From Felis catus (lineage: Eukaryota): DNA of 64,000 nucleotides. The translations under genes and the position numbers were made by a program. How positions within the stretch are numbered: position 1 is the stretch's first letter; the number at the start of each line of letters is the position of its first letter. Of the stretch, positions 52,931 to 64,000 are shown one piece after another. The stretch lies in contig NC_058368.1 of NCBI RefSeq assembly GCF_018350175.1, positions 176,268,001 through 176,332,000 on the forward strand. The letters are read 5' to 3'. The notes under the pieces were generated by a model. It was given only the letters and a program-made list of their open reading frames with translations, was not told the origin of the DNA and made no database searches.

Positions 52931-54870
52931 AAAAAAACCCAAACCAACCGGCATTTATGAGCTCCCCTGAGAAAACGTTTTCCCTCAGCTCCTGCAAACA
53001 AACCTACTGCCCATCTCCTTTAAAAGAAAAGCTAAAGTTTGCTGAGCTCTCTGTGCTATACACGTGGTATCTCGGGTATTAAGTCTGACAACTCAATGAA
53101 GTGGGCACTCTTTTTATTTCCATCTTGTAAATGACAACACTGAGGCCCCGAGGTTGAGCAATTTGCCCAAGGGCACACAGCTGGGAACTGACAGCGCCGG
53201 GATTAGAACTCACATGTGATGCTGAGCTCCGGCTCTTCACCATGCACTATTACTCACATGGCTCAATACAAGCATTCTGGCATGATCTGGTTGCCCGTGG
53301 GGGGCTGGTGGTGGTGGGAATGACAGCTCTCAAAGCTCTGGTCCGTCATTTGTAGTGAACGGGTTGCTGACAACAAGCCAAGACCGACTCCTAGGAAACA
53401 TCATCATTTAAGTTTATTGATGAGAATTAAGGCTGGAGCCTAGGGCCCAGACCAGGTATCAGAATATGTCGTCCGTGCTATAATCTAGTATGGAATCTTA
53501 CTTTTATGCAACTTCTGGGTACTAAATTATGTGTTGTTTGAGAATAAAGACAAAACTCAAATTCGGAAAAAACTACAGATCTCACTAGACTACTAATGGT
53601 AACATAGCTGCCATGTATGAGGCACCTACTCTATTTTATGTGCTGTGTGTATATATATACTTCACACGTATCCTAATCCACAATCCCCAGAGTTAACTGG
53701 TTGTAAATATCACCCAAGAGCCACCTCAGAAATACACATTCACATAAGACCCGAAGGGGTCTCTCTCCATTCTTACTGCATCACGGAACCTCCCAGCAAA
53801 GGGGTAGAAACTATTAGTAAGCATCCAAGTGACTCCTAAGGGCAGAAGAATCTGGTGGACCACTACTTTAGTTTTCACGTCTGATAAAGCATTTTCACAA
53901 AGAGAAACATTTTTAGCTTCTCACCTATACGGGGAAACAAGCTCATACAAATGGCTGCCCAAAAACCAGAGCAGGATTTGAATACAAATCTCTCTGGCTT
54001 CAGAGCCAAGACAAGTATCATTCCGCCTACTCTTAAATCAATGTCCGAGTCAGAGAATGCATACTGAATTTTGTGGTTTGTGCTTCCGCTTCCACGGACT
54101 TGTTTGGTAAAAAAAATCACTACCTCTTTCGGTGCAAAGCAAATCTTAGATTGCAAATACAGTAAAACAACAATAACAACAAACAATATTAGCATTTGTA
54201 CACTCACAGGTTTCAGGGTCCTCAGAAAGAGCCTATTTGATCCTGCCATTTTCCATGAGGCGGGAAGGCAGTGCAAGTATTAACTATGATGCTTTACTAC
54301 TGGGAAAACAGAAGCACAGAGCTAAGTAACTTGCTCAAAAGCTTACGGACTGTCCCGTGGAGAAATGGTGACAATGCTTTTCCCACCAGGCAGCACTACT
54401 GCTATAAATGTATAGCTTCTTCTCCCTTGTACACTGATGTCTAGTCTCTTGTCAGACTCCAGGAAAGGGAGTGAAAAATGACAGGGTGAAAAAATGACCA
54501 CCAGGGATGGATGGCTTGAAGTGGGATGTGAGTGGTCTCTGACGCAGTGAGGTCTGGGTTCAAATACTAACTCCATCTCTTATGTTCTCTGGGATCTGGA
54601 CAATTAATCTGAGCTCATTTTTCATCATTCAAAATGGGAAATAATGGACTCAATCAACATTTACTAAGAAACTCAATGTGTCCAGCCATGTGTCACTAGA
54701 GGCATTTTATCGTTTTATGCATTTTTATCATGCATTTTAATCAATAATTTTTCACAGAAGCAAGGGAGGATTTTAGAGATGGATCTGGTGCTAAATCTTG
54801 AAGGGTAATTAGAAGTTATGTAAGCAGAAAGAGTTAGGGGTGCCCAGAAAAAGAAAGAGAAGTCATTTTA

Positions 54871-55337
54871 GGGGTGCCTGGGTGGCTGTCGGTTAAGCAT
54901 CCAGCTCTTGAATTCAGCTCAGGTCATGATCTCACTGCGAGTTTGAGCCTGTGTTGGGGTCTGTGCTGAAACCACAGCACCTGCTTGGGATTCTCTCTCT
55001 CCTTTCTCTGCCCCTCCCTTGCTCTCACTCTCTCTCAAAATAAATAAACGAAATGAAACGAAACGAAACGAAATGAAAAGAAGTCATTTTAGGTCCCAGC
55101 TATTTTCTATGATAGATGCCTAACCAGCTCTTTTTCTTCTTCTTTTTTTAATATTTATTTATTTTTGAGAGAGAAAGCCTGAGCAGGGGAGGGGCAGAGA
55201 AAGAGGGGGACAGAGGATCCAAGCAAGCTCTGCGCTGACAGCAGAGAGCCCAATTCGAGACTTGAACTCACAAACCATGAGATCCTGACCTGAGCCAAAG
55301 TTGGACACTTAACCCACTGAGCCACCCAGGTGCCCCC
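54871..55337. mobile_element. Tail-to-tail Can-SINE pair
   Basis: 54871-55080 plus with (GAAAC/GAAAT)n tail; 55135-55337 minus. Confidence 0.9.
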
Positions 55338-55383
55338 AAGCATCTCTTCTTGCTCTAGCACACTTCTTGTAGAACTTACAAGG

Positions 55384-56180
55384 TGTCAGAATTACAAAGA
55401 AATACAAAAAACTCAATAGCTAAGGACTTTAAGGGAAGAAAGAGAATGCAAAAACAACAGATTCAACTAGGCCAGGAAGTAGCCTAACCATATCAGAGAT
55501 AATGAATCAGTGGCAAAACTCCCAGGGCTGTTTTCAAAAGTAAGCAAGGCCTTTCACTGCTTCCCCAAGATAAGGAGCCCAAGACCCAATCCAGTTTATG
55601 GCTCTTCAGCAGGCCCATAACCCCTTTCCCAGGTCCAACAGTTACCTCTGCTTTATTAGAATGTTAAAATCTTCACCCAAGGCAGAAACGAACTTGATTA
55701 ACACAACATACAATGCTAAATCAGTGGGTTTCCTTAAGACAAGTGTACGACCTTATACCCACCTCTACCTATAATGACTGAAACTCCCCTTTCTGAATAT
55801 CCATCCTAACCCTAAATGAAAGAAACCCATTCACCCCTACTCAGGGGGTCACAGATTTCAAAGTGATTTCCTTATTCGCTGCAAATAAAGTTTCTGTTGT
55901 ACAACAATTCCACCTTGGGACGCCTGGGTGGCTCAATCGACTGAGCGTCTGGACTCTTGATTTTGGCTCAGGTCATGATCCCAGGGCTGTGGGATTGAGC
56001 CCCGCATTGGGCTCTGCACTGAGCATGGAGCCTGCTTAAAATTTTCAATCTCTCTCTAAAAAAAAACAAAAAAACCCCCAAAAACCAAAAAACAACAAAA
56101 ACCAAAACCACAACTCCACCTGGTATAGTCTCTATCTGCAACTCACCAAGGAGTGAACTCATATTAGTTTGGTTGCAGTT
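55384..56180 (+). mobile_element. Probable solo ERV LTR interrupted by a Can-SINE (55917-56110)
   Basis: LTR-like layout with AATAAA at about 55884 and TG...CA ends. SINE TSD about ACAA(T/C)TCCACCT. I did not find a TSD for the LTR itself. Confidence 0.5.
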
Positions 56181-56839
56181 AGACCTGGAGTGTAAAACGC
56201 AGATGCCAGTGGGGGCCAGGCAAATTGGGTACATGGGCAGAGCAGACTGGATAGAGCAGCCAGCCCCGGGCTCCACACAAACGATGCTATGCAGGATCAG
56301 GGCCCCATGCAACCAGATGAAGCAAGGTCCAGATTTCTCTGTGGAATCTCTCAAGTTTTAAGTGTTAGAACTTGACTTCTAAGAAATCATGAGAACAATA
56401 GAAGGACAAACATAATCTGTGAGCCACATCTTGCCTACAGGCTGTCGTCAGTTTCCTGAGTTAGCCCCAGGAGAGAGGAAGGACACTTCAGTCACTTGGA
56501 AATACACTTACAAAGTCAAGACCTTGGGAAGGGCAGCTTGGTCAGGGAGCTGCATGCCATTTGGCTTGGTTGGAGCACGAGGGACAGGAAGCCGGCCAAA
56601 GGGCAATCCATCGAGACCTGAGATATAAGCGTGCAAAGCAGCACCAGCCACTGAGTGAGCTCAGTCCTGTATGTGCCAGTTCACATAATGACCATCACTG
56701 AGTGGGACACACCCCTGAATTAGGGACGAGAGCCCTGTCCTGTCCACCCCATCAGCATGAGGGTCCAGGCAGGAGCACAGCCATCCTACCACTGCTATTT
56801 TGCTGCTCCGTACGTGATAAACACATGAAAGAATGGCAT

Positions 56840-57083
56840 CAAGGAACTCATAGTAAGATGGATTTTATCTACAAAACAATGCAAATTCCCTCTGCGATTA
56901 GGAGACATTTTCAACTATTATTCATAAAATTATTAATCAAAACAGCAAAAGCAGATTTACAAAGCTACATTATCAACAACAAAACAGGAAGGAGACGGTT
57001 GACAGACATCTTGAAAAGTGTCAAAGGAATACACACCAGACTAAAAATCTACAGTTAAACCGTGGTTGCACAACAGGTTATAT
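56840..57083 (-). other. RPL26L1: RPL26L1 3' UTR (end uncertain)
   Basis: Follows the TGA. Only a variant signal GATAAA (56864-56869) and AATAAT hexamers are visible. Confidence 0.55.
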
Positions 57084-57215
<132 letters not shown>

Positions 57216-57945
57216 TTAGGAGTGAGAAAATAAATCTTTATTTATTTATTTTTTAAGTGGAAAGGATTTATAACCATGTGATTATTCTGTACAGCAGAAC
57301 TTTTCCCAACAATAGCAGTTTGGTTCCTTCCGCTGCCCAACTCCTGAGGATCTATGAGACCAGTTAGTTTAGTGATATCACCTATCATTTGGGCTGGGAC
57401 AAACAAATTATACTACCAACATGTTTCTGGTTTGTTTATCATCCCTTGGCCAGCAAAACGCATTGCTTAAAAAACATCGCTTGAAAAGCGCATTGCTTAA
57501 AAAAGCATTCCCACCAGCTAGTAGGCAATAGAGATCATAAGGATAAGTAAGACCCCAACCATCCTGCTCTCATCTGAAACTCTGGAGGAGAAAGACCCTA
57601 CAATACACTGCATGGAATGGAGTGCAAATGAGGAACAGCATATTCCGCCAGGTGGGTGTGAGGGCCACAGGAAGAGATGTTCCCTCTCCTCCCTCTGGAT
57701 GTTATCTAGTAGGAGAGGGATGCCTGGAACCCTCCTGCAACCTGCTGGAAGGCAGAGCCTTCACCGAGGATGATAAAACAAGTAAGAAAACAATAAGGAT
57801 CCTTGATGACTAAGCCAGTGAATCAATCAAGCCTGCCCCACCTCCCTCTAGAAGTCCTTGCCTGGGCCACCTGAGTAGACACTACCAACACACTGAGAAC
57901 TTACAACAGCACTAAGCTACACTACCCAGCCACTACCGCCACTCA

Positions 57946-58098
<153 letters not shown>

Positions 58099-58544
58099 CT
58101 AAGAGAAAATACAGGAGAGAATTTTCCCCCATTCTCATGCATGAACATCACCGTGAGGAAATTAATTATCAGGAACACACAGACTAACATACAACTTTTT
58201 GTACAAAGCAGATTAACCCTGGTAGTCAAGAGTTAGCTTTTTGGGGGGTACAAATCTGCTCTGTGTTGTTCCAAGTCAGGTGAAAATTCACTTCAATTTT
58301 TTTCTTATCTGAAAACAAAAAATTCCTTGAACTAGAATGGCTATCACAGAACTAGTCCGGAGAGTAAAAAGGTAAATCACTATACACCCACAACTAACAC
58401 AATCTTATATACCAATTATATCTCAGTTAAATAAAAATAAGTAAAGTTTAAGAAAAAAGATAATCACTCTCAAGATCTAAATGGAGAAGAATGGTTAAAG
58501 ATAGCATCCTGAGATTCTTATGCGACCATTTAAAATCCCATGTT

Positions 58545-59475
58545 CTTTTTTTTTTTTAATGTTTTATTTACTTTTGAGAGAGAGGGAGAGAATGTGTGCG
58601 CATGAGCAAGGTCGGGGGAGAGGGGAGGCAGAGAGAGAGGGAGACAGAGGATCCAAAGCAGGCTCTATGCTGACAGCACAAAGCTGTATGTGGGCTTGAA
58701 CTCACCAACTGTGAAAGATCATGACCTGAGCCAAAATCGGACACCTAATTGACTAAGCCACCCAGGTGCCCCTAAAATCCATGTTTTCAAAGAATAATTT
58801 ATCACCGAGCAAAATGCTCAAGGTATGACCTTTAGGAAAAAAAAAACAAAGCTTTATATGAAATATAGTCTGAATCTTATATGTTTCATATATATGGCAT
58901 ATAACACAATGGGATATATATCCAAATGTCAATAATTGTTGCCATTAGGCCAGACATAGGATTACAGATATCTTTTCTTTTTTCTTTTCTATTCTATTTG
59001 AGAGAGAGAGAGACAGAGAGAAAGAGAGAGAAAGAATGAATCCTAAGCAGACTCCATGCTCAGAAGGGCTTGATCTCACGACCCTGGGATCATGACCTGA
59101 GACGAAATCAAAAGTTTGACACTCAACTGACTGAGCCAGGAGTGAATATAACCTGTTGTGCAACACAATTTAACTGACCCAGACACCCTAATTACACATG
59201 GCTTTTTAAAAAATGTATATACTTCCAGGGGCGCCTGGGTGGCTCAGTAAATTAAGCGTCTGACTCTTAATTTCGGTTAGGGTCATGATCTCACAGTTCA
59301 TGGGATTGGGCTCCACATCAGGCTCTGCTCTGATGGTATGGAGCCTGCCATCTATACCTGGCTCTATACCTGCCATCTATACCTGATGGTATGGATTCTC
59401 TCTCCCTCTCTCTCTGCCCCTCCCCTGCCTGTCTGCCCTTGAGTTGTCTCTCTCAAGATAAACACTTAAAAAAAG
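58545..59475. mobile_element. Three Can-SINEs (58545-58772 minus, 58975-59188 minus, 59228-59475 plus); the last two carry non-SINE inserts
   Basis: SINE heads and tails; see findings. Confidence 0.9.
59137..59176 (+). repeat. Inverted copy of the RPL26L1 stop-codon region (57052-57092)
   Basis: CAGGAGTGAATATAACCTGTTGTGCAAC-ACAATTTAACTG versus gene sense CAGGAGTGAATATAACCTGTTGTGCAACCACGGTTTAACTG. Confidence 0.93.
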
Positions 59476-59959
59476 AAAAGATGTATTTTCTTTCAAATTT
59501 CAAGATTTCTATAATTAACACAAATATTTTATAGTCACAAAAAACAAAAATGTTAAAATCTCTTGGGCTGTTTTCATGTACTAAAAATCTATTCACACTC
59601 CAATGCTATTCAAAACTAACTAGATTATGGTTTCCTTGAAGGCACAAGCCTATTCAATAGGAGCCATGATATAGCTGATGCTGATAATAAACAGAGAGGA
59701 AATACCACATGTATTAAAAAACTAGAGAATCTCAATACTCCTGAAATGTCATTTAGATTGTTCAACTTACTTACCAAGGTGATTTTCAGGCTGAAGATCA
59801 TGCCTCACTGGAACTCCACCATACTCTCTATGATCAGAGACTTTTACATGGAAAAGTCTATGAAATAGCCTCTCTTAACCATCATCAAGATTCAAGAAAA
59901 GATGTTAATAAAACAAGTCCAAAGGAACACCCGGTTAAACAGAACTGGACAAACACTAG

Positions 59960-62900
59960 ATGAGGAGAGGGACAAGGTAAGACTAAACTAACTGGCCTGG
60001 AAAGGGAAAAGAGAAGAGGCAAGGATGGTTGTGCCTCTGGGTACAACTGGATGGATGTACAGAGTCTGGCTGGGCAACTGGATGGATGGATATGCCTTTC
60101 CCAGAGCGGGACGAAATACGTGTTAGGAGAAAAAAGTTTAGTTGGGAACATGTTGAATTTGAGGCATCTCGTGACATTCTAGTAGAGAATTCTATACATA
60201 GCTGGAAGACCAACTGGGTCAGCAACAAAGACCTGGGAGTCATCCAGAGATGGCAATTCAGAAACCTGATTTGGTTCAGGGAGCTGGTCTTATGAGGGCA
60301 GAATGCAGAAATCCAAGGAAAAGCCAACATTTTGGAAGAGCTCATAAGGGAGACTGAAGTGGCCAGAGAATGGGCAACCAGGGGAGTGTGGGGTTATAGT
60401 AGCCAAGAAGACACTGTCAAATGCCATGGAATGGTCAACTGCAGGAAGGATAAAGGAAAAGATGTGACAAGAAGCTGGTCACTGGTGATCATGGCTAGAG
60501 TGCTTTCAGTGGAGCAGAGACTGAAGGCATTTACAGTAAGACAATGAGTTCCCCATGGAGAAGGTGAAGGTGAAAAACAGTCCCAAGGAACCTGGCTGTG
60601 AAGAGGATGACAGAGAATATCTACTAGAGGGAGATGTGAAGGTAAGTGATAATTTTTTTTATTTTTAAAGAGAGGAAAACACGAATGTGTTTAAATGCTT
60701 ATGAAAAGGAACAAGTGTGGAGGAAAAGCTAAAGGAAACTTTACAGAAAGGGGATAATGGAGAGAAGAATCTAAGAGAATGGAAGGCCACTGAATGTAGT
60801 GGCTCAGCTCTAGATAGAAAGAGGAACATTTCTGTCAATACAATAGGAAAGCACAAAGACGCAGGGGTGGAACTGGAGGTAAGTTAGAGGGTTTGGAACA
60901 GGAGTTCTGAAAGGTCCTGGGTGATAGCTGTAATTTCCTCTGTGAAGCAGGACAGGTAGTCCTGAGCAGACAAAGAAAAGTATGTGAAATTTGGAAGATC
61001 CCAAAAGAGAAGACGCAGTTTTAACAAACCCACTTGCGACTGTTTTACTCTTCTGGTGGAGTCAGACCTGGATTCCTGGCCTAGACGTGATTTTCTTCGT
61101 TTATTGAACCAGAGTTTCAGGTTCTATCTACAAGGGAAACAATTCACACCTCACAGACCCTGAAAAAATGGCCACATCTTCTCCTCTGCCCTCCTTTTCT
61201 TTCTTTCTTTCACGTCTTAATTCCATCCGCTCAATAATTTTTTTCATTCATCCAACAAATAGTGGCTGTGCCCCCGTGGGTGCCAGGCTCTGCACTGAGG
61301 TCAGGCAACAAAAAAGAGAAGCTCTCTGGCCTCATCTTAATGTAATAGGTAGCAAGCAGTTAACTAATAAACACGCAAATACATGATCACTAACTGCAAC
61401 AGGGCACATGGGAAGTGACTGGGATCATAATTGCGGTGACAGCTATATGGCTTTACGTGTGCCCAAACTCACCTGTGCATTTTACTGTCTGTAAATTATG
61501 CCTCAGTTTTATTTATTTTTCTTTCATTTGTTGAACCACTGAGTAATTCACCAACATGGCACAGAAGTACAACAATAAGTGCTAAGGGGGATGCTGGAAT
61601 GACTGAAGTAACAGGCACAGAAATGAGGACTACAGAAAGTTTCAGGCTTCAGAAGGGGGTCGGGGGGGAGGGGGGAGAGATCTCACGTGTTTTGAGAGAA
61701 GTATTCATTTGGCGCCCAAACGGGATGGGGGAGCTCTGAGACACACATTGTGAAGGGGTGACCATAAGAAGATCTGAAAAACTGCCCTGTTGGCCAGACA
61801 TGTCAGTTAGTTGTCTGGGAAAGTAACCAAAAGGTTTTCATCATTTGGTAGCAACTGGAGGGTACTACAGATTTCTAAAGAGAGTGACGTGTAAAAAGTT
61901 GAGAAGCTAGAGGCAGGGGACTCTTGAAATAATCTGGATACAGAATCCTGGGAGCTACAAACGAGTGTAGAGACGACAGGCTGCTTTAAAAAAGTGGTAA
62001 ATACTGGGCACAGCGTGAGGTTGAAGGAGATGGGTTAGAGTACGTTTAAACGTGCAAGCCTTGGAGGAAGCGAGCGGCAGCTGTCAGGCACAAGTGGAAA
62101 TTGGGTCAAGCTGAAGTGCTCTTGTGGAGATAATGAGTTCCGAAAAACCAGCCCAAAAGACTATAGGACCGTCAAGAAGGAGCAGGAATATAAACCAAAT
62201 TGAATGTGCAGATTTGGAGATGCATGTGTCAAAATGAACGCCACAACTTCAGGGGGGTTCGGGGGAGCCCACCGCAGAGAAAGAAGAACTGGGCAAGGGT
62301 TAATGTTCACAGGCGAAAGGTGAGGCAGCTTCACAGGTGAGAGAGAACTGGCAAAACCCTCATGAGGAGAACACAGCTGTGACCTTAACACGGAAGCCAG
62401 AAAGGACAGTATTCTGATGAGTGTCTCCTTGGCTACTAGTCATGGCTCCTCTGAGCTTAACCTGAACTTGCCTAGAATCCTCAAGAGTTATCAAAGGCAG
62501 AAAAGATGTGTTCCTCCCATGAGTCCGGCTTTGAATCAGTGCCTTCAGAGAGAGAGAATAGGTTTCAAAATTCTGACCTTGAGAGTCAGGGTCAGAGATT
62601 GCCCTCTCCAACCGTGCTGGGATGTGGCAGGCAGTTCACATCTATCTCAAGAGGCAGCTAGGGCTTCCATCATTTCCTTTCAGTTCCATGAGCAGAGTGG
62701 TGGAGCAAAAGGTCCAGCCTGGCCGAGGCCGAAAGGATTTCCCACTGTGATGTCATGACTCGGCATGCCTGTTCTGGAACCAAACCTGGATCCTGGGCTC
62801 AGGGATGAGCACAGACAGGCACTGGCACAGGTGGCTGTCGAGGAACAGAGTCCGGAGGAAGATGAACTCCAGCTACTCCAGGCTCAAGGACGCGTGCTCG

Positions 62901-63620
62901 TGGCCCTGTGACGCCGACGGGGCAGCCACGCCTTTGGGGGGTGCAGATGGGCCCGGTATGCCTCAGTTTAAAAAGAAATAAAATCAAATTGAGTTCACTG
63001 TTATGAAAGAAATGTAAATAGAGGATGCTACGATAGAATACTGGTTAAAGTATCTGGGAAGGCTTTTCCGAGGAACTGACATTTAAGGTAACAGTGAAAA
63101 ATGAGGGGTTAGTCAGGTAAAGGGGAGAAGGAAGAGCACTTCAGGCAGAGGGACCATTCCGGGCAAAGACCCTGAGGAAGGAAAGATCAAGGTGCATTTA
63201 AGGACCTGAAAAGGTCAGTATGTCTGAACTAAAGAGCAGGTGGGCATTAGAGAATAAGGTGACGTTGGAGAAGTAGACCACGACTGGGTCACACAAGGCC
63301 TTGTCAATGATTTTAGGTTTATAGTAAGCAATCAAGCAACACTGATAGGGTTTAAGTAGAATCTGATTTGCAAAAAATACCCCTCTGTGAAGAACGCCTG
63401 ATCAGGATTAAGAGTAGAAGCTGGAGAAGTCTTGAACTGAAATGGAAATGGAAAGAAGTGATCAGATTCAAGACACATTTTAGAGACAGAATCAATAAGA
63501 TTAAGTGACAGAGTAGAAATGGGTCAGGGAGAGAGAGATGTTAGAATTTAGAGGCTTATGGCATAGGCAAGTGAAAAAGCATTGCTTACTGAAGTGTGAA
63601 AGATGGGAGGAGAATCCGAT
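59960..63620 (+). mobile_element. Multiple degraded L2 (and MIR) fragments in an RPL26L1 intron
   Basis: L2 motifs TGGGAACATGTTGAATTTGAGG, CAGGCAGAGGGACCA..GCAAAGACCCTGAGG and GATTCAAGACACATTT. Confidence 0.6.
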
Positions 63621-63684
63621 TATAGAGGCAGGAGCAGTTTTTTGATCGAGAGCACTCCCAGATTAGAAGCTTGAGACGACATGA

Positions 63685-64000
63685 GGTTTTTAAAGCGTTT
63701 ATTTTTGAGAGGGAGAGTGCAAGCGTGCGAGGGGGAGAAACAGATGGGGAGAGGATCTGAAGTGGGCCCTGCACTGACAGCAGAGAGCCCGATGCAGGGC
63801 TCGAACTCATGAACTGTGAGGTCATTCATGACCTGAGCCGAAGTTGGACACTTAACCGATTGAGCCACCCAGGTGCCCCTGGGACGACTATGAAATTAAA
63901 AAAAAAAAAAAAAAAAAAAAAAGATGTGGGGCGCCTGGGTGGCTCAGTCGGTTAAGCGGCTGACTTCGGCTCAGGGCATGATCTCGCGGTCCGTGAGTTC
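63685..64000. mobile_element. Can-SINE (63685-63879 minus) and the start of another (63928 to edge, plus)
   Basis: SINE heads. Confidence 0.9.

Overview
Mammalian genomic DNA, almost certainly a felid (dense tRNA-derived Can-SINE/SINEC elements of the feline type, plus carnivore L1 3' tails). The gene order matches the human 5q35.1 cluster RPL26L1-ATP6V0E1-CREBRF, with all three genes on the minus strand. The window holds the last two coding exons and 3' UTR of RPL26L1 (about 56.8-58.1 kb), the complete 4-exon ATP6V0E1 gene (81-aa V-ATPase subunit e1, about 14.1-47.9 kb), and the CpG-island promoter and non-coding exon 1 of CREBRF (about 1-1.5 kb). The rest is mostly SINE, L1, L2, LTR and DNA-transposon debris, with approximate boundaries read by eye. 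I found no new multi-gene system. The most unusual observation is a roughly 40-nt inverted copy of the RPL26L1 stop-codon region inserted inside an intronic SINE of the same gene, next to a second templated-insertion scar. Also notable are a strong-Kozak uORF in CREBRF exon 1, a duplicated 5' splice site at ATP6V0E1 exon 2 that would create a premature stop, and a 3'-UTR intron with a candidate intronic poly(A) site.
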